Source of the DNA: Octopus sinensis
Lineage: Eukaryota
Assembly (NCBI RefSeq): GCF_006345805.1
Contig: NC_043014.1
Coordinates: 26,288,001 to 26,352,000 of the forward strand
Direction: 5' to 3'
DNA length: 64,000 nt
The notes beneath the pieces are model-generated. The model did not search any database and was not told where the DNA came from. It saw only the letters and a program-made list of their open reading frames with translations. A program made the translations under genes and the position numbers. Of this stretch, positions 13,598-28,159 are shown piece after piece; position 1 is the first letter of the stretch, and every line of letters begins with the position of its first letter.

Positions 13598-15560
13598 AAT
13601 CCAGCACCATTATGAAGAATTTCCCTTAGGCATATTTGAATGTATTTTAGCTAAAGTTAGTAGGCTGAAGCTAGTGGGGTAGGGAGAATAGAGACTACTA
13701 ATGCCCTAGATATTTCTAATGTCCTTTACCACGAAATGATTTCTATATTTTCTATCCCTATATAAGATACTAAAATTTATTGGAATCCTTTGGAAAAAAA
13801 ACTTTCTAAAGGATATTTATTTAAAATTCACAAGCAAAATTATGGCTGTTAAGAACATTCACTAAGGAATAACCCACACTTAAGAAATCTGAAAGATTTT
13901 ATAAAATCATTACAAAATAAACAAGGCATCCTAGTCCAGGCTGATATAATTGGAAACCTATATAGACTTGATTATACGACGTACAGTAAACTTATTAGAA
14001 AAGAACTGAACTTGAAATATAAAATAACTACAAAGAAGTACCTGAGGGATATAAATTTAGAAATGAAAAAGGTTATGATGAAATACGATTTAGTCGACAG
14101 AACAGAACCTTTAACACCGTGTGAACCTAAAATTAATCTTAAAGACCGCAAGAAAAATTTCTGTGAGAACCCGTCTGTAAGACTTATATGCCCAACTAAG
14201 TCAGATATTGGCCGACTTAGTATTTTGGACTATATTCTGCCCTATATAATCCCTAACCTTTCCTTGAAATTATGGATTAACACTGATGAGGTAATCAATT
14301 GGTTTAAATCTTTAAATAATAATAGCAGATATTCTTTCATCCAATTTGATATTAATAATTACTATTCCAGTATATCCCCTATTCTCCTAAATAAATCACT
14401 CATTTTCGCAAAAAAACTCTCTCATATAACTAGGGAAGAAATTGATATTATTTTACGAGTTAGAAAAACTATCATTGGATTTGAGGGAAAATTGTGGACT
14501 AGAGCTGATACTCCAAATAATTTTGATATAACCATGGGCTCTAGTGATTCGGCGGAGGTAACTAATTTAGTAGGAACTTATTTATTAAAATGCATAAGTA
14601 GAGAGATCCCCGAATTAAAAGGGGGTTTATATAGGAATGATGCATTATTTATCGTCCCTAGTAATAATAAATCGATAATTGAGAGAATAAGGAAGAAAAT
14701 TAGTAGATTTTTCAAGGATTTCAACATAGGCATCACTTATGAATATAACACTAAGATAGTTAACTTTCTAGATGTTACTTTAGATTTAAACTCAAAATTA
14801 TATTACCCATATAGAAAAGATGTTGAAGTGACTAGATACGTAAATAAATTATTAAATCACCACCCCCTAATATACTGAAATCATCTAACAGTGAAATTTT
14901 TAATCCTCACTCACATCATTACAATGTTGCCTTATCTAGAGCAGGTTATGACCAGGAAATCACCTTCCTAGATCTTGATAATATAAATTTTTCAAATGAA
15001 AAACTGAATGGAAATAGTTAAAATAATATAGAATCCTCAATTTAAAAAAAATATAAACCAACCAAAACAAATAACCTAGTATATAAACCCGATACAATAA
15101 ATGGAAATGGAAAACAGGACATAAATAAGTATAAAAAGGTTAAGCTAGATAAAATAAATACAAATAATAATATAAAAATCTCTCCCACTGAAAAAACCCT
15201 AATAAATATAAATATAAGACCAAAGAGTATAAAAAATATCTAAAGGATATAGATAACATTAATATTTCTCACCCTTACTCAAATAAAAAATTCAAAAGAA
15301 AAAATATTGTATGGCTAAATATTCCCTTCAACTGAGCCATATCTACGAACAAATACGGCAAATTTATGTCCATACTAGAAACAAACTTCTCTGCTTCCCA
15401 TAAATATTATAAAATAATTTCTAGTAGATCAATGAGAATATCATACTCTACTCTTCCAAATATGGGTACCATAATAGCTAGACAAATAGAAAAAATATCA
15501 AGTTAACCAGAAATGTTATAAATAGCAACAGCAACAACAACAACAACAATAATAATAATA

Positions 15561-15607
<47 letters not shown>

Positions 15608-16262
15608 TAAACAATAATAATATCAATAATATAAATGGTAATAATAAAAATGTGGAAAGTGAGGAAATAAAGAAAAGATTAGTAACAAGCAACCCTAACT
15701 TACATAACAATATAATTATAGATAAGGGAAATCACACTAATGCTAGTAATAGTTCTAATAATGAAAATGAAAATAGCTTGTTCCTAAATAATACTAATAT
15801 CAGGAATCCTCCCCCCAGTTGTAATTGTAGAATTAGATCAAGATGTCCGGTATCTGGCAGATGTCTGGTTCAAAACGTAATTTATAAATGTACAATATTA
15901 TGTCTAGCATATTCTTTTAATTTAACTCATAAATAAAATAAATGACTATTTACTAACTAACTATGAATCTATATTAATAGAAATTGATATACATTTATTT
16001 ATATAAATATGAAATGCTTTCTATATTTTCTATCCCTATATAAGATACTAAAATTTATTGGAATTCTTTTGAAAAAACTATGTAAAGGATATTTATTTAA
16101 AATTCACTAGCAAAATTATGACTGTTAAGTGGTAAAGGACATTAGAAATCTCTAGGGCATTAATAGTCTCTATTCTCCCTACCCCACTAGCTTCAGCCTA
16201 CTAACTTTAGCTAAAATACATTCAAAATATGTGTTAGTGAAATTCCTCATAATGGTGCTGGA
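13598..16262 (+). mobile_element. Decayed Penelope-like element PLE2 in an Rh intron
   Basis: ORF 14012-14878 is PLE RT (RLICPTKSDIG, FDINNYYSSI, FDITMGSSDSAE, YRND for YRDD, NFLDVTLD); CNCR..CPVSGRCL follows. Direct repeat 13733-13852/16012-16129 and inverted repeat 13598-13731/16130-16262. Confidence 0.9.
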
Positions 16263-16270
16263 TATATGTA

Positions 16271-16871
<601 letters not shown>

Positions 16872-17009
16872 TGTAATATTTTGAATTCGCCTATAATGGT
16901 CCCTTTACATACTGAATACTTGGTGAAATTGATTAATAATTAATTAATTTTACCCTCAATTGTTGAAATTATATATATATATATATATACCGACAAAATA
17001 TGTGGTGAC

Positions 17010-17170
17010 GCATTTTCACTTTGTGGTAGGAAAAGTTATGGGAAAATTAATTTCGCGTTATAAGGTTTCAGGAACTATAAAGCGAGGGATTCCTGCATAA
17101 ACATACATGCATAGTACATATGTATATATACATATATATATATATATTATATTATATATATATATATATA

Positions 17171-17216
<46 letters not shown>

Positions 17217-17357
17217 ATACATACATATATATTGTATATATACATATGTACGTATGTATGTATGTTTATGCAGGAATCCCTCGCTTTATAGTTCCTGAAA
17301 ACCTTATAACGCGAAATTAATTTTCCTATAAATTTTCCTACCATAAAGTGAAAATGC
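17010..17357. repeat. Foldback with about 120-bp inverted arms around (TA)n
   Basis: GCATTTTCACTTT...GGATTCCTGCATAAACATAC mirrored by GTATGTTTATGCAGGAATCC...AAAGTGAAAATGC. Confidence 0.85.
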
Positions 17358-18040
17358 TTTACTCGGTAAAAGTAAAGAAACAACAGTAAGAAAAAATGAC
17401 GAGAAAATAACATGAAAATAATAATCTCTAAACATAGTCCATATGTATGCATAATTTGAAGAGTACTATAGATACAGAAAGAGATTGATATCGTAATATG
17501 GTACGTCCTCACTGCAATAGATGTTTACTACAGTATGAGGTGGGATGTACTTGAATGAGAGTTACTAAGAAAGTGTGGGACACTAATTCATCGTCATCAA
17601 CAATTGCTGGAGGAGAAAAGAACTCATGAAAAATTGTTTGATGTTTATGGTACATCATATCTTCGTACAGCTAAGTATAGGAACTGAGCTGTTTGTAAGC
17701 TCTCAAGTAATTTTTATGTAATGCTCACTATTAGGGTTGTTACCAAAAAAACTCTTGCAAACCTTCTATTACTATCAATCCTTTAGCCAATATTCTTTGC
17801 TGTCAGTATATATGGACGTGGTGGAATATCAGTATTCTCTTCTGTATTCTCAATTTGCTCGCGTTCAACAACAATGTACACTAAAGTGCCTTTTAGGAAA
17901 ATTCGCCTCGATAGAAAACAAAACAATAATATACTTTCGACATGAAATTATGATATTTTATTCATAAAACTATTACGCTTTCCTCAGAAAATCACCTAAA
18001 ATGTGCTTACATTATCATTCTAAGTAATTCTCTTTTTAAG

Positions 18041-18191
18041 GATGCTGGGATCTGATTTTTCTGCTGCTGCTGTTCTTATTACATTTGGAGCTCTTCTTGG
18101 TAAAGTCAGCATTCTGCAGTTGATTGTTCTGGCGTTGATTGAGATTGTTTTGTTTGTCGTCAATGAATATATTGGTCTCGAGATACTACAC
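18041..18191 (+). CDS. Rh: Rh transporter exon
   Basis: MLGSDFSAAAVLITFGALLGK...VNEYIGLEILH. Acceptor ttttaag, donor gtaagt; 151 nt, phase 2 to 0. Confidence 0.96.
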
Positions 18192-18324
18192 GTAAGTAAA
18201 ACTGGTTTCTTTATAGATTTAATGCATTTATACACACACGTACACACACATACATACACACGTATGTATGTATATATAAATACATATATACATACATACA
18301 TACATACATACATACATACATACA

Positions 18325-18360
<36 letters not shown>

Positions 18361-19707
18361 TATGTATATACACAAGCATATATACATGCAGATAAATATA
18401 AGATTTTTTTTTAAAGTTATAAAGGTTTAACTTTTGACCATTTTCACCCAGTCAGAAAACAGGATTTGCAAGCTGTCAATTCGTGCGTGACGTGTTTTAA
18501 TATGAAACTGAAAATAAATCAACTTCTGTTTTGCGCACGACATATGACCCCTCATAACTCCTTTACTTTCTGGAATTTTCAGAAAATGTTTGCACATTTG
18601 TATTCTACACTCGGGAATTCATCAGAAAAAGCAAAATTGGGTGGGTGGGTCGTGGAGCACATCTCTCGACCAGGGTACAAGCAGCAGATGAGCCAATCAG
18701 CAGAACACAGCTTAGAATATATTTGTCAACACATGCTCTCTTGCAGATAAAAGAATGCTCATGTTCTACAAGTGGCTCAAATTAACCAAAATTTTCAAAA
18801 CTTTATTTATTGATTTTTTGCGGAAATGAATTTCAAAGCAGTGATTAACATTGTAAAACCTTATCATTGCACCGAATATGAAATCAATTCGAGCAGGAAT
18901 TTAAGAGATTGAAAACTAGTAGACAACTGAATAAATACATAGTGTCCCTATGGCATGAAAATATTTGTAACTCTTATTGTAAATACTATGTAAATTGAAT
19001 GATATTTATCTTATACTGGATGGAGTACTTCTTAACGGAGCAATAAACTATGAATGTATATTTATGTATATGTATGTATATGTAAAAGTGTGTATATATG
19101 TATGTATTTATATTTATAACAACCTTATAAACCTTCTGAACTCTCTGACGAAGACCAGAGGAACACCCAAGTACCTTAATCTTATCTACCAAACACTTTA
19201 GTTCACTGTAGGGATAGAAGTAAAGTGGGGTACTATGATCTCTTGACTGAAACAGCTGTAGGATACTATCCTACCTTCTATACTCTTACGTTATATATTT
19301 TAATAATTACTGATATTTTTATATTTTATATATTATATATGTAAAGCATAAAATGTTATACATGTATGTATATTGTTATAATTGTTTTTTTTTAAGTAAA
19401 TAGACGTAATATAATGTCTGAAAGTTGATGAGCCGCGGCCTTCGGGCTAAAACATCTTTAAGGATTTAAGGATTTAATACCACCGCTTAATCTCCTCCAT
19501 TTTCTTATTGCTGTATAAATTAAGGGTAAAACAACTTTTTACCCTCACCCATTTATTACATTCAGTAGTGTAATTATCATGCAATGAAAAAACACTTATG
19601 TATTAATAATTGGGTATTCTACCAGCAGTATATTGGATAGATATTATTCCTTATTTGGTTGGATTCACAACCTCTAACCTCTTGGAATATAAATATACAT
19701 GTATATA

Positions 19708-19748
<41 letters not shown>

Positions 19749-20399
19749 TCTATTATATATATATATTATATATATATAATACATATGTGTGTGTGTATGT
19801 ATATATACATATATATATGTGTGTATCATACAAAATTAGGAGTAATTTTGTCTGTTATTGAATGCTTGTAGTGGCCTCTGTCTTAAAATAGCCTAGTTTT
19901 GAACCTTCGCATAGAGCAATTTGAATTCAGTAATCTTAAAAATGCATAAATACACTTATTTTACGTCTCTCTTGCGTTTACACGGATTTAGGCAGCGGAA
20001 ATACAGAAGTGTGAATCTAGTGCTACTCAGTGATTATAATTTTAAAAGCCCATAACTCCGAAACTACTTCAACTAGAAAGCTGAAATTTGAGATATACTA
20101 TTTCTGCATTGCATTGAGGAGGCGTTATGAACCCCACCTAGAATTTTGCATGATTTGAGTCAAAATCGGTGATCGATTGCTTAAGTTGGGGGTAACATGT
20201 TTTTCAAGTAAAGCAAAATAAATGTTAGTTTCCTGACTTCTATGAAATTATTCATCGAATTACCGTATAGGGTTATTAGGTTGTGGAAAAGTCATAACCC
20301 AAATATATATGTGTGTATGTTTGTGATGTGTTTGTGTGTGTGCATTCACGTATATACATACATATGCATATAGATGTATCTTTCTATTAAAATTCGTAG

Positions 20400-20544
20400 A
20401 CGGTTGATGTTGGAGGTTCCATGTTTGTCCATGCTTTTGGTGCCTACTTTGGATTGGCTGTCAGCCGCGTTTTATATAACCCAGAAGTTGAAGAGTCGAA
20501 AAAGGAAGGAGCTGTATACCATTCTGACATTTTCGCAATGATCG
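20400..20544 (+). CDS. Rh: Rh transporter exon (first pore His)
   Basis: [22 protein letters not shown]...[10 protein letters not shown]. Acceptor tcgtag, donor gtaata; 145 nt, phase 0 to 1. Confidence 0.96.
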
Positions 20545-21587
20545 GTAATATATATTTTCGGTATTACTTTCATATCTCTCTTTCGTCTTTCTTTTTCGCC
20601 TATTGTTCTTGTCTATATTTTTGTTGTATTCGTATATTCAGATTCACGCCATTGCTGCTTCTATTCTAAGAAGTATGGTATCAGTAGTAATAGCGTGCCT
20701 CCTCCTCTACTTGTTGTTGTTAAAATAAAAAGCAATCATAAATATATGATCGCTTCTAATTTAACACAGTGTAGGGAATTTTCCTGAAGATGGTGCTGAT
20801 CCATAAAGTCGAAACCATTATCTGAGGGGTACCTTATATTCTCAATTCTGGAGAGATGCAAAGCAAAGCTGCCCTCGGTGGGATTTGATCTCAGAATGTA
20901 AAGTGCAGAAAGAAACCCTATAAGGTACTTTTGTTCAACCTGAAGAAATTAGATCCTGAATTGTCAGCCAGAAATTGAAACCAGAGCCTGGGTGTTTCGG
21001 AAATCTCTGTCCATTTGTTCTGAAGAACTCGAACTATGAGATGTATGAGTCAGCTGTCAACTCCTGACCATTGTCAGTCAAGTGCAGTTCAACTTAGATA
21101 ATACACGAAATATCTTTTGTTAACTGTCACCTAGTTTAGCAATGGAATTGTTATAAATACAGAACGCTAAGCAGAATTCTACCACTCTGTATCTGGTTAG
21201 GCACCTCCTATAGAGATAACATGCCTACTTTGTTTTTACTCAGCCCTATCAGAAAACTAAGATGTGTCGCCCGCTCATTACTTGGTAGCTGTCATGAAGG
21301 TAGCTTACATCTTACATTCGCTTCGGCCACTTACTAGGAAGCTACAATGACCAGTGATATCAATATGAAGGACAACAGAACTGCTACCAGTGTTTATGTA
21401 TATTAACAGCAATTTGGTGTAGTTGTTTGGCCTCGTAACGTAAATTAAGTTATATCAAGTCGGCTACTTCTTCCCTCATCTATTTCCATAGACTATAAAT
21501 TTACCCTCATGCAGCTTTTGCTTCGTCTGAACTTCTCTGAAGTTATCCTATGTATACAGAAACTTTTGTTTCTGAATTTATCCTATG

Positions 21588-21618
<31 letters not shown>

Positions 21619-21619
21619 T

Positions 21620-21659
<40 letters not shown>

Positions 21660-21699
21660 CGGGCGTGTGTGATTGTGTATAGAAGAATATATTCATAAA

Positions 21700-23844
21700 A
21701 GGAATTCTGACCTTGTCTGATTTTCACGTTTTATTTACAATCTTATAATGATATAAGATAATATAATACGATAAAATAAAATAATAGAATGTTAAATGTT
21801 CATTCTGATTGAACTAGTACTTTCATGCATTAAATTCTGCAATCTTCAGGTTCATGTAGTAGTGGTGACAGTCATGCTTCACAATTTTTGACTGTAGCGA
21901 GATGATTGAATCTGTGCGTTAAATACAGTTGGGTAGGCTCCAGATGCTAGGTTTTGCAAACTGTATTCTGACCAATCAGTGTATAGTATCACTCAATTAC
22001 TTAAGCTGATTGGTTGGTTGAGCTGATTGGTTTAGGCGTCACGCTTTGTTGGACATGTCAAGGGTCCTATATCTTGACCCTGGCCGAAGCAGCAATTGTT
22101 GGGCTATTTTTAGAAATGTTGTAAATAGCCTTTGTCAGAGATTTTTATATTTTTATATTTCAATTGTCATCATCATCATCATTGTCAGCACCTTAAATAT
22201 TGTTGCTAGTGGTGATGGTGGTGGCAATAGAACTTTTAACCCTAAATAAGATAATTTTCCTGCTATCTAAGTATTATTATTATTGCTTATTTAGCTTGGG
22301 TTCGAATTTATCAATAAAATTCTTTTCTCTGATTTTCCTTTCGATTTCACTTGGGCTGTGTAATTTGTAGAATGGAAATATATATATTTTCCGGCCACAT
22401 GTTGCTAGGTGGTTACTCAAAGGTATCTGACGGACCTCTGGGTCTCTAATGTGTTGCTGGTGTACACGTGAGCGTTCTGATAGTGCGTTTCCCGTCTGAC
22501 CTACATATATTTCTTCACAATTTGGGCATTTGATGCAGGTAAATTAAATTTCTGCTTTTGCAGTTCATATTTGCGTTTGTGAATATTTCCCGGGTTTTTG
22601 TGTTTATATATTGGCCGGTATGTATGAATTGGCATGTGCCACATCGACTATCATTGCATTTAGATACAGTGAATGTTTGGTCTTTGTTGCTAAGGTCAAA
22701 TTTTGCCTTTGTTAGTAATTTTTTCAAGTTTTTAGGCTGTCTTTTACTAAGCACCATAGCTCGATCCGTGATTATGCCTTTTAATTCATTACTTTGGGCA
22801 ATGATTGGTAGGTTTGCCTTTGCAATGTTGAAGATATTCTGGTGACATGGGTTGTGTGTCACTATGAATGGTAAGACTTGTTCTTGTTTTCCTCTTCCTT
22901 GGGTTATCCTAAGTTGTTGTATGGGTATTTTTATAGCCCGCTGTATGCCATTTTCTATAAGTAGAGATGGGTATATTTGTTTGAGCAAAAATTCTCTTAG
23001 TTCTATTAGGCGTTTGTTCCTGATATTTGCATCTTCTATAATGGTACAAATTCTTCTGGCTAGGCAGTATGGGATGTTGCGTTTTGTATGTGGTGGATGG
23101 CACGACTTAAAATTTAGGTATTGATGTGTGTCTGTGTGTTTATAGTATATATCTGTGGTGATGGTGGTGTCTTTTTTAATTACCATTATATCTAGGAATG
23201 GTAATTTGGTATTACTCATCTCCTTTGTAAATTGGAGAGATGGGTGTAGGTTGTTCAGGAGGATATTGAACTCTTCCAGAGTATTTAGAGATTCTGTCCA
23301 GATTAAGTTTTGATGTGATAAGCCTCTACACTAATATTCCACACGATTTAGGAATAAAGGCGATTAAATACTGGTTAGAAAAACATAGAGAAGTGATTCC
23401 CAGCAGATTCACAGTGCCATTTATATTAGACACAGTCAAACTTATTCTAGAAAACAACACATTCTTCTTCAATGGAAATAATTACATCGATGGGAACGAG
23501 GTTTGCTCCCGTTTACGCCAACTCTGTAATGGGATACTTAGAACAACAACTCTACCAAGTGGTGGAGGTAAACTATGGCACTGGATTTAGAAAGTATATT
23601 GAAAAGGCATGGAAGAGATACCTTGACGACTGCTTCATAATCTGGACAGAATCTCTAAATACTCTGGAAGAGTTCAATATCCTCCTGAACAACCTACACA
23701 CATCTCTCCAATTTACAAAGGAGATGAGTAGTACCAAATTACCATTCCTAGATATAATGGTAATTAAAAAAGACACCACCATCACCACAGATATATACTA
23801 TAAACACACAGACACACAGACACACATCAATACCTAAATTTTAA
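21700..23844 (-). mobile_element. Penelope-like element PLE3 with a 5' inversion
   Basis: Minus 22515-23219 is thumb/linker (PFLD, SCHPPH), followed by CPNCEEIYVGQTG GIY-YIG near 22480-22530. Plus 23306-23844 is the RT core (SLYTNIP, MGTRFAP, YLDD). Left boundary approximate. Confidence 0.9.
21811..21853 (-). ncRNA. Minimal type I hammerhead ribozyme in PLE3 3' pLTR
   Basis: Minus strand reads GAAC-CTGAAGA-tTGCA gaatttaa TGCAt-GAAA-GTAC-TA-GTTC. Confidence 0.75.
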
Positions 23845-24270
23845 TGGTAAAATATTTATTTACCTTCACCCGTTTAATACAATAAATAAGTTAGTTGCAT
23901 TGCAATTAAAAACATTTGTGTATTAAGAATTTGGGTATTATACCAACAGTATATTGGATAAGTATTATCCCTTAGTGGGTTGGATCCATAACCCCTAACT
24001 TGGTGTTATATATATAACATTTATATGTATATATATATATGTATTTATATATATATATGTATATATATAAATACATATATATATATACTATATATATATA
24101 TATATAGTGACGTATATTTGCCATTTGAATATGGCTAACTCCTAAGGGTGGATGCTACTGTAGTTTGTAGCCCCAGGAGGACACCTCCTCCAGCTGGCTA
24201 TAGACACACTTTCTGTGCCCTATCAGTATTTGCAAAGGGAAGCCATCCTTCCCGTCTTCAACTTATGATA

Positions 24271-24315
24271 CACACGGACTCGAGTTTCAGAGTTTTGACC
24301 CGTCATCGGCGTGTG
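24271..24315 (-). ncRNA. Hammerhead-like motif with U4C core change
   Basis: Minus strand reads CACACG-CCGATGA-cggg tcaaaa ctct-GAAA-CTCGAG-TC-CGTGTG. Confidence 0.6.
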
Positions 24316-24357
24316 ACAATCATAGTTGTCGATGAGAAGTAGGTTCCATTCACAAAT

Positions 24358-24521
24358 ACGCAGGAGTGGCTGTGTGGTAAGTAGCTTGCTAACCAACCAC
24401 ATGGTTCCGGGTTCAGTCCCACTGCGTGGCATCTTGGGCAAAGGTCTTCTGCTATAGCTCCGGGCCGACCAATGCCTTGTGAGTGGATTTGGTAGACGGA
24501 AACTGAAAGAAGCCTGTCGTA

Positions 24522-24594
<73 letters not shown>

Positions 24595-24826
24595 GTGTGT
24601 GTGTTTGTGTGTCTGTGTTTGTCCCCCTAGCATTGCTTGACAACCGATGCTGGTGTGTTTACGTCCCCGTCACTTAGCGGTTTGGCAAAAAGTGACCGAT
24701 AGAATAAGTACTGGGCCTTCAAAGAATAAGTCCCGGGGTCGAGTTGCTCGACTAAAGGCGGTGCTCCAGCATGGCCGCAGTCAAATGGCTGAAACAAGTA
24801 AAAGAGTAAAAAAAAGAGTAAAAGAG
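24358..24826 (+). mobile_element. tRNA-derived SINE, family 1, full length
   Basis: Same head, body and tail as 176-592. Confidence 0.9.
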
Positions 24827-24870
24827 TATACTTTTTCCTGTATCGATTGACACTGATATTGAAAAAGTAA

Positions 24871-25131
24871 AATCAAACAATGATAAATCTCAGAGCGAGT
24901 TATAAACAGTAGCAGCAACACATCGTGACGTATATTTGCCATTTGAATATGGCTAACCCCTAAGGGCACAGAAAGTGTGTCTATAGCCAGCTGGAGGAGG
25001 TGTCCTCCTGGGGCTACAAACTACAGTAGCATCCACCCTTAGGGGTTAGCCATATTCAAATGGCAAATATACGTCACGATGTGTTGCTGCTACTGTTTAT
25101 AACTCGCTCTGAGATTTATCATTGTTTGATT
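24871..25131. repeat. Inverted repeat, 96-bp arms, 69-bp spacer
   Basis: 24871-24966 pairs with 25036-25131; the inner part is the reverse complement of 24108-24220. Confidence 0.9.
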
Positions 25132-25181
25132 GTGTGTGTGTGTGTGTGTGTACATACATACGTATATACATGCATACACAT

Positions 25182-25246
<65 letters not shown>

Positions 25247-25278
25247 ATATATGTATGTATATACGTATGTATGTATGT

Positions 25279-25313
<35 letters not shown>

Positions 25314-25646
25314 GATAGATAGATGCAGGTGCGGCTGTATAGTAACAAACTTGTTTCTCAACCACATGGCTCTAGGTTTAGTCCCACTGCGTGGCACCTA
25401 AGGCATTGGGCTTCCCAAAGATTTGTGAGTGGATTTGGTGGATGGAAACTGAAAGAAGCCCGTCATATATAAATATGTGTGTGTGTGCGCGCTTGCACGC
25501 ACATATACACACATCTATTGTTTGTATGTGTGCGCGCTCTCGCACGCAAACACATGCACACATATGAACACGTCTTCCTTATTTTAGTATTTACTTTTGT
25601 TCCTTGTATTGTGCTTTTCTATGTGAAATACCATCACATATTTCAG

Positions 25647-25810
25647 GTACTGTTTTCCTCTGGCTGTTTTGGCCCAGTTTCAACAGTGCTCTGGCCTTAG
25701 GAGATGACCGTGAGAGGGCTTTGATCAACACATACTATGCTCTAGCGGCCTGCTGTGTAGTTAGCTTTGCTGTGTCATCCTTACTGGACAAGAGAAGTAG
25801 ACTGGACATG
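25647..25810 (+). CDS. Rh: Rh transporter exon
   Basis: [15 protein letters not shown]...[11 protein letters not shown]...RLDM. Acceptor tttcag, donor gtaagt; 164 nt, phase 1 to 0. Confidence 0.96.
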
Positions 25811-26441
25811 GTAAGTACAGGGTGTTTGTTGGGACGATGATGATGATCATCATTATCATCATCATGGAGATGATGATAATGATGGAAATGGTGGTGATTA
25901 GTAGTAGTAGTAGTGTTGGCGATAGATTGATAACATTTTATATGAAGTTAGGAATTATTATAGTTGACGTAATGATAATGGAAACGATGTGAATAAAGCA
26001 CATACGCATAAACACACGCACACATACGCGCGCGCGCACACACACACGCGCGCACACAAATATACATATAGATAGATATAATATTAGGAGATTGAGTTCG
26101 TATTAGACTTTTATTAGGTACAACATATGTTTCGAACCATCAGTCTGGGTTCCTTCAGGTACATTGATAAAGAAGTCTCACTAGAGATTTTTAGTGTCGG
26201 TTGCCTAGTTGTTATAGGCCCATCAAGTTCGGGAATAAAACAAAAAAAAAAAAATGATATTATGAAACCCAAAAATTCAAATATGAACAAGGAAATCTTG
26301 CTTTCCAGTTTATATAAAAATTACCCAATTATACATACATACATATATATATTATATACATATATACATACATGTATATACATATACATACATAAGCATA
26401 CACATACACACATGTATACATACATATATATATATATATAT

Positions 26442-26509
<68 letters not shown>

Positions 26510-27606
26510 TATATATATAGATAGATAGATAAATAGATAGGTAACATAAATATACACATATATATATACATATACACGCATATACATATAGATACGTACA
26601 TAGACTCAGACACACACACTCACGAAGACAAACACACACACACGCATACACACACACACACACATAGATCTAGGCTAAACATAACGTGCTTTTCCTGCTG
26701 CTCTTAAAATAAGGCTGGCACTTCTCAAAGATTTTCCAATTGAGACTGTAATCCGTAGTGCTTACTTTTATTACCCATAAACGTCTAGCCAGGGCCGTGA
26801 TATTGAAGCAGGACTTACGTTTAATGTGATTTCACCTACATTTCTAAGAACCTAATTTTCTGCCTCAAATATTGACTATGTGAATATTTTATGGCGGACA
26901 AACAAGCTGGCGATAATTTAATCATCTTAGAGATCTCCAGACCATCCGCCGTCCGCAATTTCTGCGCAGTGAACCATAACTCTCAACATCACTTCGTTTT
27001 CAGCTTTGTCTTTCACGATAGCTTTCCCATCTGGTGGCTCTGACGGAAATTACAACTTTTCCAACTGCCGGTCACTCACCACCATCACTTAACTGCATAC
27101 ATTAATATAACTACACATACTAAATATTTCTTTATACATACAGCAATTTACTAAACACATACGTACACAACATACACGCAAACACATACATATTACATAT
27201 TCATAAAACATTTACAAACGTATGTGCACTTGCACATACAAAGGTCAAGCTCATAACATAGACATGAAACACATACACGCACATAAAATAGCATATATGT
27301 ACATAAAATGGCATATACATACATATAGTTACTTATCCTTTATCTCCGTTGAATGTTACTTTCTTAGTTGTAAAATTCATTTCCGTCACCTCGTCACTTT
27401 CGACTGAAATATGCAGTCTGTCCTTTAACTAAGAAACATGTTTCCATTTTCTTTTTTCTTCTCTCTTTTATTTTTAAGATACACAAAGAATACGAAACGT
27501 AAGACGTTCTTAGGCTTTCTGTCACTCCAGTTTAAAAGTGATATATCACATTTGCATTTCCATTGTGTTCATTTCTATTGTTTAATTTCGTATGCGTGTG
27601 CGTGTG

Positions 27607-27679
<73 letters not shown>

Positions 27680-27810
27680 TGTTTGTTTGCATGTATCTGT
27701 GTGCAAGCTCATTCGTCTTTTCTTCGATTAACCAAGAAGACCAAGGTCTTCAACAACGCCACCAATAATTACTAATAATAATCTATGAATATGTTTCACA
27801 CACACACACA

Positions 27811-27903
<93 letters not shown>

Positions 27904-27963
27904 AAACATTATTGGTGAATTGAAGAAATGGAGCTGAACGCAGATTGAACAGAAATCGTTTTA

Positions 27964-28052
27964 TTTCATTCTACACGTGTTTCGAAAGGCACAAATTACC
28001 AAAATCCGATTGAATAATGGGACCATATTGTGTCTTTCTCTTCAGGAAGAAA
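27964..28052 (-). ncRNA. Canonical-core type I hammerhead ribozyme, left arm
   Basis: Reverse complement of 28160-28248. Confidence 0.85.
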
Positions 28053-28159
28053 AAAGGAAATCCGTTGGAAAAACAAAAACAGAACAGAGGCGGAGCAAAA
28101 AACAAATCGAACTGTGCTCCGCCTCTGTTCTGTTTTTGTTTTTCCAACGGATTTCCTTT

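Noticed and set aside
19145-19151. Isolated CTGANGA matches (also near 12035, 12822, 20786, 35384, 36407)
   Set aside because: No properly placed helix II, GAAA and helix I partner; chance matches or remnants too decayed to call.
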